A stretch of 63,343 bases of DNA, filler included, from Stramenopiles sp. TOSAG23-6 (GCA_900128565.1; 8 parts of 8 records of this genome joined end to end with filler, not necessarily neighbours in it), one strand, 5' to 3'; counted from the first letter of the whole stretch, positions 12,634 through 24,955 are shown. Notes: generated by a model not told the origin, from the sequence alone. Program-made: numbers and translations.

Positions 12634-13014
12634 TTATTTTAAATCAAATCCACCAACTCGAATAGAACGTGGAACTTTGTATTCTACTTTTTTCACAAAA
12701 CCAGTAAGTAAGTCGACAACCTTTGCAGAATTGGAATTAAATTGACTTTGTAAGTTTTGAATGTCTTCGTCAGTTTGTTTAGAAATGCTTTTACGAATTT
12801 CATCTTCAGATCCACCGAGACGCTCCCTAGATATCTTCTCATACTCGCTTTGTTTCTCAGCACGAAAAGCTGCAAGCTCATTGGCCGCTTCAGCTTTAGC
12901 GTCAGCGAGTCTTCGTGCACGATCAGACCTTGCCTGTGAAACCAAAGCTGTTGCGTTCTTCTCTGCATTTCTTAGCATCTTAAATCCACCCGAACTGTTC
13001 ATTTTCGAGTCCAT
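12634..13014 (-). CDS. ATP6V1G: V-type ATPase subunit G
   Basis: AEKNATALVSQARSDRARRLADAKAEA motif; 126 aa. Confidence 0.92.
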   Translation of the reverse strand: MDSKMNSSGGFKMLRNAEKNATALVSQARSDRARRLADAKAEAANELAAFRAEKQSEYEKISRERLGGSEDEIRKSISKQTDEDIQNLQSQFNSNSAKVVDLLTGFVKKVEYKVPRSIRVGGFDLK

Positions 13015-13205
13015 GTGTTTTTATGTAGTACAGCGATCTCAAATCGAAATTTATTCTAATGGTGAACGCTAAATACAATGTCTAAAGACACACAAAATGT
13101 AAAAAAAAACTTTTACTTTATAATGTTAAAAAAACACAGTCTCTCTCTTGACCGAAAATAATAATTATTATTGGCCTAAGCCACAAAACATCGTGTTACC
13201 GGGTA

Positions 13206-14921
13206 TCATTTAAATTCCTTATTTTTTTTCTTTTTCATTTGTTTTTCTTTTCTATCTTTTCGTTTTTGTTCAGCAACTTTAATTCTTTTTTTAGCACGTC
13301 TACTTAGAGACGTTTTACGTTTCGTTGTAGACATTTCCTTATTTATTACATCATTTTTCATACCTATATTATCTTTCATTTTTCCTTTTTTCTTTCGTAA
13401 ATCTGCTTCAATTTTTAATTTATTTCGTCTCGAGCCGACACGTTTTAACAATACATCAAAAATAAGGTCACTATTTGGTGGAATATCAGGTGGATGTCCA
13501 GCACAACCATAACCACGTAATGATGGAATAAAAATTCTTCTTGTCTCTCTCTCATAAATAGATTGCATACCTTCAAACATTGACATTCCAGAGACGACAC
13601 CACCTTGACCAGCTCTATAGGTTAAAATTCCTTTTGAGAAAATTTTTCCAGTATCAGCTAACATTCCTTTGTATTTAATTGTAACAATTTCATCTTGTTT
13701 TATTACTTTTGCATCTATACCATCCATATCATCAATATCAGTATTAGTAGTCATATATTTTACTCCTGATCGAAGTGAAATTAATTTATTTACAATATTT
13801 TTTTTTTTTACTATTTTTTGGGTAGTTGATGACGGTGATGAAACGCATATTTCTNCGTTTTTTGTTTTTTTTGTTTTTTTTGTTTTTTTTGTTTTTTTTT
13901 TATCAATACTATCATCATTAATACTATTATCATTAATACTATTATCATTAATACTATCATCATTAATACTATCATCATCAATACTATCATCATCAATACT
14001 ATCATCATCAATACTATCATCATCAATACCTTCAGGTCCATACAATTTGACCAATTTATTCAACAAAATTTCTTCTTTTCCTTTTGTTTTTTCCATCAAA
14101 TTAAATATGAAATTTCCGTCTTCAGTGTTTATCTTTTCAGGATTGTACTTTAAATACATATTAAATACCCGAATACCAAAATCAGATAAATTATCAAAAG
14201 GTGTTTCTTCACCAACATCAACAACATTTGGTGTTGTACATTTTGGTATCTTCACAGTTAAAATATTCTCATCATCATCATCTTGATTAGGTGAAAAATC
14301 TTTTGGTAGAGTGACAGATATACATTTACCATTAGGTAAGTCAACGGACACTTCTTCACCCGGACAAACATCTTTTGGGACTTTGATTTCAATAAAATCA
14401 AAGTCATCATCAACGTGAGATACAACTTTGTTGTTTTTGACGTAACTTTCTTTTTGGTTTTTGCTTTTCAACTGATTTCTTACATCATCTCCCAAAGATT
14501 GTTGAATATTACTCCACATACCGCTTATTTGAATAGATATATCAGAGTTATTGAAAACACTCTTATTTTCACCTCCAATAGCTATGACCTTAAAAGTTAC
14601 AGATCCATCACAAGAAAAGAATGAAACGTCTAAATTGACATATGTTTGACCCAATGTACTCAGTGTTGCCACCGTAATTGAGTCAGTTATCGAACTTACA
14701 TTTTTTGACAACATATCAGACTTATTGTGCATATTGTGTTCCATTCTTTCTGTCATAATTTTCAACTGATAGGCAGTCTGATAGGCAGTGGTTGCTGACT
14801 CATCTGGAGGAATTTGACCTACAGAGAGTGAAGCTTTGTGTAAAGACAACGCTGTTCCAGGCTTTATGGAAACAACGCAGGAAGAATGTAGAGGAACACG
14901 AAAAAATGCTGAAGATGACAT
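13206..14921 (-). CDS. FKBP-type PPIase with nucleoplasmin-like N-terminus, acidic and basic tracts
   Basis: IKYKGML...IPSLRGYG...PPDIPPNSDLIFDV FKBP motif; DDDSI repeats; K-rich tail. Confidence 0.8.
   Translation of the reverse strand: MSSSAFFRVPLHSSCVVSIKPGTALSLHKASLSVGQIPPDESATTAYQTAYQLKIMTERMEHNMHNKSDMLSKNVSSITDSITVATLSTLGQTYVNLDVSFFSCDGSVTFKVIAIGGENKSVFNNSDISIQISGMWSNIQQSLGDDVRNQLKSKNQKESYVKNNKVVSHVDDDFDFIEIKVPKDVCPGEEVSVDLPNGKCISVTLPKDFSPNQDDDDENILTVKIPKCTTPNVVDVGEETPFDNLSDFGIRVFNMYLKYNPEKINTEDGNFIFNLMEKTKGKEEILLNKLVKLYGPEGIDDDSIDDDSIDDDSIDDDSINDDSINDNSINDNSINDDSIDKKKTKKTKKTKKTKNXEICVSSPSSTTQKIVKKKNIVNKLISLRSGVKYMTTNTDIDDMDGIDAKVIKQDEIVTIKYKGMLADTGKIFSKGILTYRAGQGGVVSGMSMFEGMQSIYERETRRIFIPSLRGYGCAGHPPDIPPNSDLIFDVLLKRVGSRRNKLKIEADLRKKKGKMKDNIGMKNDVINKEMSTTKRKTSLSRRAKKRIKVAEQKRKDRKEKQMKKKKNKEFK
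13906..14028 (-). repeat. 15-bp coding tandem repeat (DDDSI/NDNSI x8)
   Basis: atactatcatcatca units visible directly. Confidence 0.9.
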
Positions 14922-15098
14922 TTTAAAGAAATGCTGTCAATAGAAAACAATATTACACCTATACACGTACTAACTCTGCAGACTAATTATTAACACTGAA
15001 ATGTAAGATGGTACTACTAGCTATAGTAGGCTACTACTTTCTGTAGTTTTTGTTTTTTGTTGCGTTACGCTGAAACAAAGAATTGGCCTAGCTACACA

Positions 15099-15376
15099 GC
15101 ACGGCCCTAACCCTAATTTTGGACGGTTCGGACCGCGGCTTTAAAGTGCTGTAATTCCTAAAGTTCGTGCAGTTTTGACTACTACCGCATATGGGAATGA
15201 TCAATGCCAGGCAATGAAGACATGTATCTATATGGCATGTTAAAACTGCACGGCTTACATGGTCAAATAATGCATTGTAGCCGCGCCTGAAATAGGGGGG
15301 GTTTTCGTACGAAATTTTGTACCTAACGATTTTTTTTTTTTTTCCAACCGTCCACTTTTTGGCGTTTTGGCCGTGC
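15099..15376. mobile_element. Putative MITE-like or fold-back element carrying the intron motif
   Basis: Three nested inverted-repeat pairs; internal exact copy of the intron branch motif; no clear TSD. Confidence 0.4.
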
Positions 15377-15494
15377 ATGCAGTGCTAGGGTTAGGGTTAT
15401 ACGAAGGAACTCAAAATTTTTTGCATCGGCGGCGAAGCCAGCCAGACAGAGAGCACTTGTAGTAGCAGCTGGTATATTTAAATCTGATTAGTAA

Positions 15495-15908
15495 ATGCAA
15501 CGGGTAGGATATAGTCATAGCATGAACAATCGTAAACGAAGTGAATTATTTGGGAGTGGACGTGATTCTTCATCAAAGGGTCCCCAATTTGCATCTGGTT
15601 TTAGTAAAATTCAAAATGAAGAGTCTCAAGCAATGTTAGAAAACGAGAATAATCAAGCTTTAGATCATCTTCATTCTCAACTGTCAACACTAAAGGGTCT
15701 TAGTATGGAAATTAATCACGAAGTAGAGTCGCAAAATAGTTTTCTCGATGGTATGAGCAACGATATGTCAAATACGACGAATCTTCTCTCACAGACCTTG
15801 TCACAATTAACAGATATGGTCAACAGTGGGGGTGGAAATCACATGTGCTATTTAATTATGTTTTGTGTCTTTATTTTCTTATTTCTGTGGTTTTTGATGA
15901 AACTCTAA
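15495..15908 (+). CDS. BET1: Bet1-like Qc-SNARE
   Basis: ENENNQALDHLHSQLSTLKGLSMEINHEVESQN SNARE motif with C-terminal TM. Confidence 0.85.
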   Translation: MQRVGYSHSMNNRKRSELFGSGRDSSSKGPQFASGFSKIQNEESQAMLENENNQALDHLHSQLSTLKGLSMEINHEVESQNSFLDGMSNDMSNTTNLLSQTLSQLTDMVNSGGGNHMCYLIMFCVFIFLFLWFLMKL

Positions 15909-16048
15909 ATATGTAATAAAGCAAATATTGGATCCATATATATATATATATATATATATAAATACATTGAATCCTTTGGCTTGTATAAAAAAATGAGACA
16001 ACACCAAAAGGTTGTTGTCATCAGAAGTTGGTGTATAATTTTTATAAT

Positions 16049-17164
16049 TTACTCTTTTAAAGCTGTAATAAAAGTATTGAAATGTGATGTATCCGAAAAA
16101 AGAATATCTAATGCCATGGGGTCTCTTCGCAAGCACATATATGAAAAAAAATGCTCCACGTCTTTTTCATCTGCATATTGTTTACCATTTAGTTGAGTAT
16201 GTCTAAAATGACGAATAAGAAACAATAAATGTTTCTGTTCAATTTGTTTTAAACAAGATTGTTTGTTTAACAAGCCTATACTGTACATACTATCGACTAA
16301 ATGTCGTAGCGAAGTAGGTGTACCTAAATCAAGTCTATTTACTCTTTTTCTTAAAGGTTTATCAAACATTTGAGAACTTACCGTTACGCTAGCCTCTACA
16401 CTCTCTGTATTAGGGTTAGGGTTTGTATTAGGGTTAGGGTTTGTATTCTTTTCATCAAGTATATATTGTCCACTCATATTTGTTAATGCTTTGGCAATCT
16501 CTTTTATAACACCGCGAAGACCACCATTCAGTTTTGCAGTAATAAAAGCTTCACTTATACCTTGAAGATTTCGCGGTGTTTTGTTATTTAATTTTGCTAT
16601 ATTTATTCTAGCTTTATTCAATCTATCTTTTGAAACTAATAGTTTTTCTGTTAAACTTTTAATGTCAATTATATTTGATTTTTTTTTTAATAATATATTG
16701 AAAGATTTTTGGGAATTTTGATCATGTAAAGTATGCTGGTCAAACAACATACTCATTTCATCAGTTGTTGAAGTCCAATTAAAAAGTTGATGCCATTTAC
16801 ATTTGTAAACTAAACCAGAGGAATCTTTAGTTGCTTGTCGCGAACAACCCGATATTTCACAGCTCCGTTGTCGCTTTGTTGGTGTGCTTGGTAAAGACAA
16901 TGATACTATATCCATTCCACTCTCTGTTCTCTTTCTAGGAGAACCAGTCAAAGAGTCACTACGTTGACGGAGATGGAAACTTTGCTTCTTTTGTCTAGCT
17001 GTATGATCTATAGATAGATTACCCCTTGTATAGCGTCGCCATATACGAGGACTTGAGACTTTTTGGTCAACATGACAACTATCGTGAATTCTATTCATAT
17101 TTGTCGTCTGTGTGTTTGGGGTGCATATTTTCTCACGGCCTTTCTCTAGAGTTGTAGGAATCAT
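16049..17164 (-). CDS. Hypothetical protein (371 aa) with small Cys/His knuckle
   Basis: Long ORF; CEISGC...CKWH. Confidence 0.6.
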   Translation of the reverse strand: MIPTTLEKGREKICTPNTQTTNMNRIHDSCHVDQKVSSPRIWRRYTRGNLSIDHTARQKKQSFHLRQRSDSLTGSPRKRTESGMDIVSLSLPSTPTKRQRSCEISGCSRQATKDSSGLVYKCKWHQLFNWTSTTDEMSMLFDQHTLHDQNSQKSFNILLKKKSNIIDIKSLTEKLLVSKDRLNKARINIAKLNNKTPRNLQGISEAFITAKLNGGLRGVIKEIAKALTNMSGQYILDEKNTNPNPNTNPNPNTESVEASVTVSSQMFDKPLRKRVNRLDLGTPTSLRHLVDSMYSIGLLNKQSCLKQIEQKHLLFLIRHFRHTQLNGKQYADEKDVEHFFSYMCLRRDPMALDILFSDTSHFNTFITALKE

Positions 17165-17610
17165 TAATTACTAATTTGTATTCTCACTTCTAACGCCAGG
17201 TAGTTTGACGCTNTTTAGTTTTATAAAATTTGTACTATATGTAACGTGTAGTATAAATGGTGATACCTGTTACTCCCCGTTAAAGTAAACTTTTGGAGTA
17301 TTACATATGTAAATGTACCAGTAACTAATAGTTATATTATATAGTTCGCTTTACTTTGGTACTACCGGTACCGTAGTGGTGTACAAGTCTCCTAGGCTAC
17401 GTACAAAAAAACAAAAAAAAACAAAATGTAACTCCTAAACGACTGTTATTATAAAACGTACTTGCCTTGGAAGACTTTTGTAGTACTTTTGTCCATATAC
17501 TTGTAGAATTAATTAGTACACTGCTTCTTCTTATTATTATTATTATCAATAATTTACAGTAGATTACATCAAACACTAACATAAAAAACAATAATTTATA
17601 TTACTGTTTA

Positions 17611-18231
17611 ATGAGTTCAAATAATTCACAAACAAAACAAAAAAACAAAACCATATTGGACGATATAGCCGATACAACATTGAATACAAAATTGAATTCG
17701 GAGACAAAATGTGTTTCTCCTTTGTTATCGGACAGTAAGACTTCTTTGCTAGACATTCCTGCGATAGAAATCAGTTACTGGAAAGAAATATTCCTCTGTT
17801 TGGATACTACAAAATCTGGGTCAATCAATAGAGATGAATTTTTAACAATATTTTCTGATCAATTCGACGTTGATTTTGAAAATGACGAACTAGCTATAGA
17901 TAATATTTTCAACGTTATAACAAGTTCAAAATCAACAAATGAAATCACATTTAATGATTTTGCAAAGTATATGAATGATAGGCTACACTCTGACAATAAA
18001 TTAGATTCGAAAAAATCATTTGTGGCTGCTTTTATGCTGATGACAGGTAACAATAAAAAGAAACAAATCAAATGGTTTGAAATGTTGAATTTTTACAAGA
18101 AATTTCCATTAACTTTTGATTCGGAGAAAGAAGTCGAAATAACTGATGAAATGATGAAATTTTGTACTGCAAATAAGACAATGAAAGATTGGATCAATGC
18201 AATGAAACAATGTATAACACATCAAAAATAA
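17611..18231 (+). CDS. EF-hand (calmodulin/centrin-like) protein
   Basis: LDTTKSGSINRDEF and NEITFNDF EF-hand loops. Confidence 0.75.
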   Translation: MSSNNSQTKQKNKTILDDIADTTLNTKLNSETKCVSPLLSDSKTSLLDIPAIEISYWKEIFLCLDTTKSGSINRDEFLTIFSDQFDVDFENDELAIDNIFNVITSSKSTNEITFNDFAKYMNDRLHSDNKLDSKKSFVAAFMLMTGNNKKKQIKWFEMLNFYKKFPLTFDSEKEVEITDEMMKFCTANKTMKDWINAMKQCITHQK

Positions 18232-18329
18232 ATCAATAAAATAAGCTAATAATAAATGACTGATTATTTTACTCTTACAAACAGTTGTAAAAATAATACC
18301 ATAAAAAACGGAAAATATAATTGTCATTA

Positions 18330-19970
18330 TTATCCATCCATAGCACCATGAGTTGATATACTCATATCCAAAGGTTTACCAGTCACTTTTTCAAATAGAT
18401 GTAAAACATCAGTTGAAACATCACCAAAATGAGGTTCAGCAGTATAACTGTTTGAAATGTAACAGTGATCATCAATAGTTGAATCTTTCTGAGAATATGT
18501 TTCTTTAATATCATCGAAACGTTCAACAATATATTTCCGGCCTCTTCTTTCTTGTTGTCCATTGATTAAATCAATACCAATTTGTACCTCAGCACTAGGA
18601 TCATTTGTTTCAACAACAGTTGACACAATGGCTACATAAAATCCTTTACTCGCCACATATTGAGATGCACCAACACAAGTGACATAAACATCATTTGCAC
18701 GTGCAGGGTAGCCTCGTTTTGCCACTTGTGTTTGTGGAATAATAATTTGGCAAGAATCAGCACCATTTGTACCATCAATAGGTGCATTTAAGATGCAAAT
18801 TGCGCGAATTATTTTACCCGTTAATTTTAACTTTTCTTTAGGAAAGTAACAAGGTTCACCAATAATAATAGGTGCTGTGGCAACACCTTTGTCACCTACT
18901 TTAATTCCTTCACAAATACCATCTGAATTAAATAATAAATCAATATTATTTTCACCACCAGCCTGTTTGGTTTCCAAAGATTCACCAAGCATAAATGCAC
19001 CGCCTAAAGATTCACCAAGAACAGCAGAATATCTTGCAAAGTTTTGTGGTAAAGAACTAATGCCATACTCTGGATAAAGATAAGGTGATGAACCATATTG
19101 TAATACGGATGCAGCATATAAACGACAACGTTCAACTAACTCAATTGCAGGTTTGAGTTTGTAATTGTCATTTGAGTAAAGTGCCATAGAATGTCCAACA
19201 AACTCCTGTGTATTTTGATCAAGACCATGTTTTTCATACAACTGAGCTACGGTCATCGAAGGAGGTAATTTTTTATCCTTTCCCGCTTTAGCGACGTCAA
19301 CATCAGTTGTTTGAACTTGCTGTAAAAACATAATCAAAGCTCGCTTCTGTAACATTCCGACTAAAGGAGTCTTCATAGCTTCAGTTTTCGTCGACGGAAC
19401 TTTAAACAAATACGACTTTGGTCCACTACCAAACCAACCACCCGAGGTACCTTCGCCTTTGTACACGTAACTTGCACCAATACTACAGTATGATCCATAT
19501 TTACTAACTCTGTCGACACCAAGAGCGTGGACAAGAAGTTTAACTAAATCACCCTGTGCCATGATGAATTTTGGGCAAAGATCAATTTGGTAGTTAAATG
19601 CACGACCAAATCCACGACCACCTTCGGCTACTGGCTTCTCCCAAATTTTCTTGTACGAGCCTTTTCCACCAAACTTTTCGTAAAATTCATCAAGTGCGAG
19701 CGATGCTCCTTCACCACCATAGAATTTCTCACGATCAACTTGTAAGACACGCTTTTTGTGCTGCGCAAGACAGAGACCGAGGAGACAAGACTGAATTCCC
19801 GTTCCAAGGATAATAGCATCGTATTTACCGCGTGCTTTTGCGTCCTTTCCCATTAAAGATGGATATTCTTGTCCACAGACAGTGACTCTACAATCGTCGC
19901 CTTTTTCCTCATTTAATTTTGCATCGGCATCCTTGCCTTCCGACAGCGATACATCCTTGTTTTCCGACAT
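18330..19970 (-). CDS. GDI: Rab GDP-dissociation inhibitor
   Basis: YDAIILGTG, DREKFYGGE, IDLCPKFIMAQG, SPYLYPEYG motifs; intronless. Confidence 0.95.
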   Translation of the reverse strand: MSENKDVSLSEGKDADAKLNEEKGDDCRVTVCGQEYPSLMGKDAKARGKYDAIILGTGIQSCLLGLCLAQHKKRVLQVDREKFYGGEGASLALDEFYEKFGGKGSYKKIWEKPVAEGGRGFGRAFNYQIDLCPKFIMAQGDLVKLLVHALGVDRVSKYGSYCSIGASYVYKGEGTSGGWFGSGPKSYLFKVPSTKTEAMKTPLVGMLQKRALIMFLQQVQTTDVDVAKAGKDKKLPPSMTVAQLYEKHGLDQNTQEFVGHSMALYSNDNYKLKPAIELVERCRLYAASVLQYGSSPYLYPEYGISSLPQNFARYSAVLGESLGGAFMLGESLETKQAGGENNIDLLFNSDGICEGIKVGDKGVATAPIIIGEPCYFPKEKLKLTGKIIRAICILNAPIDGTNGADSCQIIIPQTQVAKRGYPARANDVYVTCVGASQYVASKGFYVAIVSTVVETNDPSAEVQIGIDLINGQQERRGRKYIVERFDDIKETYSQKDSTIDDHCYISNSYTAEPHFGDVSTDVLHLFEKVTGKPLDMSISTHGAMDG

Positions 19971-20294
19971 TTTACTTACAGGTACGTAAATCGTGAATCG
20001 AAATTTTCAATTTTTTGATGATTTCTTTCAAGAATAATTAATGGTCATAAAACTCATGGCTTACCTAGGCCTAGGGTTAGGGTTTGCGTTCGAAAAAAAA
20101 CCATTAATAATAATACAAATATTTTTTTTGTTTTCAAATTTTTGTNNNNNNNNNNNNNNNNNNNNNNNNNNNNNNNNNNNNNNNNNNNNTTAATTAATTA
20201 ANNNNNNNNNNNNNNNNNNNNNNNNNNNNNNNNNNNNNNNNNNNNACCTAACAAATTTTAGTTTTTTTTTTTTAAATACTTTTTCACAATACAT

Positions 20295-20784
20295 TCTTGT
20301 AATGTCGATTACTGGGCCTTGGGGATTCTCATATATGAAATGTTATTTGGAGAAACACCATTTGCGGATCCTAATAATAATCATTTAAATGTGTATAAGA
20401 ACATCAATCGAGGCCGTTTAACATTTAATACAAAGTTTGGACTTTTTGAAACTCCGGATTTATTGAAATCTTTAATAACCCGTATTGNNNNNNNNNNNNN
20501 NNNNNNNNNNNNNTGTTGTTCAAAGACTTGGTTGCTCGTCAAGAGGAGGATGGGAAATTCGGGAACACAAATGGTTTTCTGAAGGAAAGAATCCTGATGG
20601 AAGCTGCACACCAATTGACTTTGAAAAGTTAGAATCATTGGAAACCCCACCTCCAATTGTACCAAATATTAGCGATGCTTTTGATGTACAGAATTTTGAT
20701 GATTGGGGCGAAGAACCAAAACATTCAAAAAAATATATTAATTCTGGAAAGTGGTATGAAGCAATATGGACTGATGAGTTTTAA
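20295..20784 (+). CDS. Last exon of PKA/PKG-like AGC kinase
   Basis: VDYWALGILIYEMLFGETPF, RLG...EIREHKWF, and AGC tail; preceded by intron end ...CACAATACAT. Confidence 0.85.
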
Positions 20785-21032
20785 TTACAATTGTAGTGTT
20801 GTAACGTTTTAAGTAGAGAGAGAGAGAGAGAGAAAGAGAGAAGAAACTAAAGAGAAAGAGAAAAAAAAGAGTAAATGTGTTTTGAATAAAACATATAAAA
20901 AAGAGTAAATGTGTTTTGAATAAAACATATACATTAAAATTCCCTTTTTTATTTTTGAAGATTATATTTTTGAATTCGAAATTTGTTACGTACAAAAGTT
21001 TGTAACAAAAACATTAATTGGGTACATCAATT

Positions 21033-22594
21033 TTAAATATCTGGCCTTTGGCGATTACAAGCAGCACAGCATAAGAATCTGCCTTTATTTACAAGAGTGC
21101 ATAATGAGCAGACATTGTGAAAAAATATGTCAAATTTTAAATCCGTTAACTACGAAACCTTTACATTAAGTACAAAATTTTCTAGTAAAAAAAATGAAAT
21201 TCATAATGAAAACAAACATGTCCACTCTCCCTCTTTACACGAATCATTTGAGTTATCCAATTCATATTTACTTTGATTATGTTGATTNNNNNNNNNNNNN
21301 NNNNNNNNNNNNNNNNNNNNNNNNNNNNNNNNNTTGATTATTTTTTTCATCACAATTTTTTATTTCTGTATTTTCTACAACTTTTGAATTATTGTCCACT
21401 GGAAAATTATTACAACTGTCTTCGGATATGTCAATCAAAATGTTTTTGTTTGATGTATTATCATTGAAAGGCTCGCATGGATTTTCTATTTCATCAGTTG
21501 AAATATGCATTTTGGAAAAATATTTCAATAAAAAAACACGTTAGGTACAAAATTTCGTACGAAAAAAAAACAAATTGAAAAAAAATAAAACATACATCAA
21601 TCACAGACCTAGCAATCTTTTTAGGTCGCGGATTTCTAGGACAAACTTTTGGAAAATCAGTAAAAAAATGAGAAATTTTACGTTTCCTAGAAACTTTAGA
21701 TTTTTTAGAGATATTATTGTAATAGTTTTTACTACATTGAGGATGTTCTCCGTTCAAAACTTTATGCAATTTTACTGCTTCTGCTTCATCATCATTACTT
21801 GCTGAGATACTCGAAGCTTTACTTCCCTGGGATAATTCAAATGGGCATTTATTTTTATTGATTAGGGAGTTTTCAATGCGAATGAGCATAGAAGAATTAC
21901 TTGAATTTAGCATAGAAGAATTACTTGAATTTAGATTCAATATGCTTGAATTATTTGTTTGGATTATTCTATTGGAATTTTGGACCTCAAACGAAGCATT
22001 CAAATCCATTGCAAATTTTTTATCTCTCTTTTCTTGCTCTCTATTTCTTTCTACATCTTTCGATTGTAACTTTGCAGCAAAATCAGCGTCTTCTTTTTCT
22101 CGAAGTACTTTTTGTATAAATAACTGGGCTTCTTCATCCTGTTCTATCAGTGCCTTGGATTTTTCTTCTTCTCTGAGTCGATCTTCATCGTGTAACTTTT
22201 GCATAGAAGACAAACCTGATAGTAATTCACCATTTGTGTTACTAGATACTGGAACTTTGACAGATTCCTCACCAAAAATAATTAAATCTGAATCAAACTC
22301 ATACTCTTCATCTGTTGGATCAATGATATGCGTTTCAAAAAATTTAGTCATTTCGACTTTTTGTCTTTCGTTAATGAAAGTTCCATTATTTTTGGCCCTA
22401 CGAATCCAACGCATTGTTTTACGACATAGTGGACATACTACCTTTTGACCCTCAGTTTTTTCATAAGTGTTATAACATCCTTCGCACATAGAAACAGAAA
22501 TGGCTCTACAACATTGAAGATTTATCGGTGGATATGCCCACTCAAAACAAGTTTGACACTTCCAACTCTTGGGTAGATTTTTCATAGGGTCCAT
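21033..22594 (-). CDS. RING-finger protein with C-terminal RanBP2-type zinc finger; introns 21505-21595, 21110-21217
   Basis: N-terminal CQTC...CEGC...CPLCR; the spliced C-terminus gives WTCSLCTLVNKGRFLCCAAC. Confidence 0.8.
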
Positions 22595-23055
22595 CAAAAA
22601 ATACTAGAATAAAAAACTACAAAAATAATCAAAGATGAATCATTGTACGACACAAAATGTGTATATCCCAAAAAATATTCAAACAGGGACAACTTATGAA
22701 TGAATTTCACAGCCACCAACAGAGGAGGAGTAAGCAAAGGTTTTCCCCCTTAGATGAGAAGAGAATGCAACTGTGGTACGCTAGGATATTCTCTAACTAT
22801 AGTACTATTATAACAGCATTTATAATCTCAATAAATCATCTATCCCACAATAGCTTGCGTACTGTTGACATGAAGGAGACTCTTTTTTTACTCTCAGTCT
22901 CAATAATTCGTACGAGTTCCGAAATTTATTTTGAGATTGATTGCTGATGTTTTGACTGTGTCGCGCGCTGTCAGGACAAAATTAATTTAGAAGTACTTCG
23001 ACTTGGTCATATTACATATTCTGAGTAGTATTATAGCGTCCAAATAGACAACATC

Positions 23056-24955
23056 ATGTCAAGAAAAAAGAGAGGGAAACGTACCCAAGCTAAGAAAAAG
23101 GCAACTAAAGTGGTCGCTGGTTCAGGCAATGGAGCCAAGTTTAATTTGCGTGAAATATTGGTAGCACTTGGAACAGTTGGTGAGTGTTTGAACCCTTCTC
23201 TTGACAATGAGTGGTCCTTGGATAAATTCTTTTGTACCTTCTACAAAAGTACCTTCTACAAAAGATTCGAGTGATAGAGTGACGCGTTTGAAAGTTCTTC
23301 AGAAATGGCACGAGTCGAAGAGCAACACAGGGTCTACTACTACTGAGCAACCATTTACTTTTAAATCAACAAAAGAGGGATGTGGTATAATAGCTACTCG
23401 CGATATTGAAAAAAATGAGGAAGTTTTGAGAATTCCTCGAGGAGTAATGATGTCCGAGTCTACTGCAAAGAGTGAACATTCGCGTTTGAGTCCGTTACTC
23501 AAAGAAATACCTTTTTTAACAAAAGCTCCAACTCTTCTTCTTGCTCTCCAACTTTTATCAGAATGTTTTGCAGTAGCTAGTAATCCCCCCTCTCCTTGGG
23601 CTGCTTATTGTGCATCTCTTCCACCACCCTCAAGTTTGAATATACCAATTATTTGGGATAGTAGTCGAATTATTTTCGATAGTAGTCAAAATATGAGTGA
23701 CAAGGAAAAGGTTAGACTTGATATCGATTATGCAACATTCAATATGGAATTTCTTCGTGGTACATCTGCATTCTTAGCCGCCTTAAGATCTTGGCGTTCT
23801 GCAGCCCGGCACTACCATTCACTGTATCAATGCCTTGTAAGAAAATCTATCAAGCAAAATCCACTTCCTCTTGAATTATTCACATGGGATGCATTTCGAT
23901 GGGCTATGTCAATTGTCATTACTCGTCAGAACAAAGTCCCAATTCAAAAAGATACAAAACAATTTAAAATATCAACAGAGGATTCAAGTGTCGGATTTAT
24001 CGGCGAGTTAGCTCTGATTCCAATATTTGATATGTGTAATCATGAATGTGGCACTGTGACTACAGATTATGTATGGAACGACTGTCAGCGGGAAGATGAC
24101 AAGAATATTGTGAAACAATGTGAAAAAAACACATTTACAGAGAAATGTATGAAAAAAAAAAAAATGGTTGATACGATAAATGACGGATACCTTGTTTTAT
24201 ATGCAAAACGCTCATTTTCTGCTGGTGAACAAATTAAAATGTCATATGGTCCTCGGTCTAGTTGTGAGTTTTTATTATCGTCTGGCTTCGTGCCATACGA
24301 TAATAAAAACTCATACTGTGGAAGTAAGTATGGTGAGCGTGTTTCCATTACATGGAAGTTAGACGTTTGTTGCGAGTCTAAAGATCCGTTACTACTATTA
24401 AAGCAAAAGTTTTTGGCAAGTTTAGGTTGGATGCAGTCTAATAAGATGACTTTTGAACAAACGAAGCAGACAAACGCATCCACATTAACGTACACATTTG
24501 TAGTGTATCCAAATGATGTTTGTGATAAAGTTCTCATAGATCAAATAGATTGTGGCGCAGCTCGTGAAACTATACAAAAACAAGTAAAACAATCTTCACA
24601 TTTGGAATTATTTCTCAGAGTAGCTTCTGCAGATAAAGTTGGCATTTCAAATTTAATGCGAAATTGTATGAATGTGAAAACAATAGATGATTTATGTTTT
24701 GATGGAGATGATTTTTTGTATTTATGTGATGATATGCCTGCTTTATCAGCACTACGTCGAGGTTGCATTTCGACCCTTGATCAAAAAGAAAAAACCCTAA
24801 CCCTAATGAAACAATTTCCACTTCCCGGGGGCGCATTTCTTATCGGAAGAAAGTCGCCATATAGTGTTGCCATGGCATCACGACTTCAAGAACGTGAAAA
24901 AAGTGTGATACGTTCAATAATTAGTGCAGTGGATGTTTTACTGAACAAAGAATAA
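23056..24955 (+). CDS. SET-domain methyltransferase (SETD3/Rubisco-LSMT family); probable GT-AG intron 23180-23249
   Basis: GIIATRDI, ALIPIFDMCNH, GEQIKMSYG, LLSSGFV; GTGAGT...AAAG removal fuses ORFs 23056 and 23201 in frame. Confidence 0.85.

Noticed and set aside
15105-15116. Telomerase RNA template
   Set aside because: The same two-unit motif occurs at about ten unrelated sites; no independent support.
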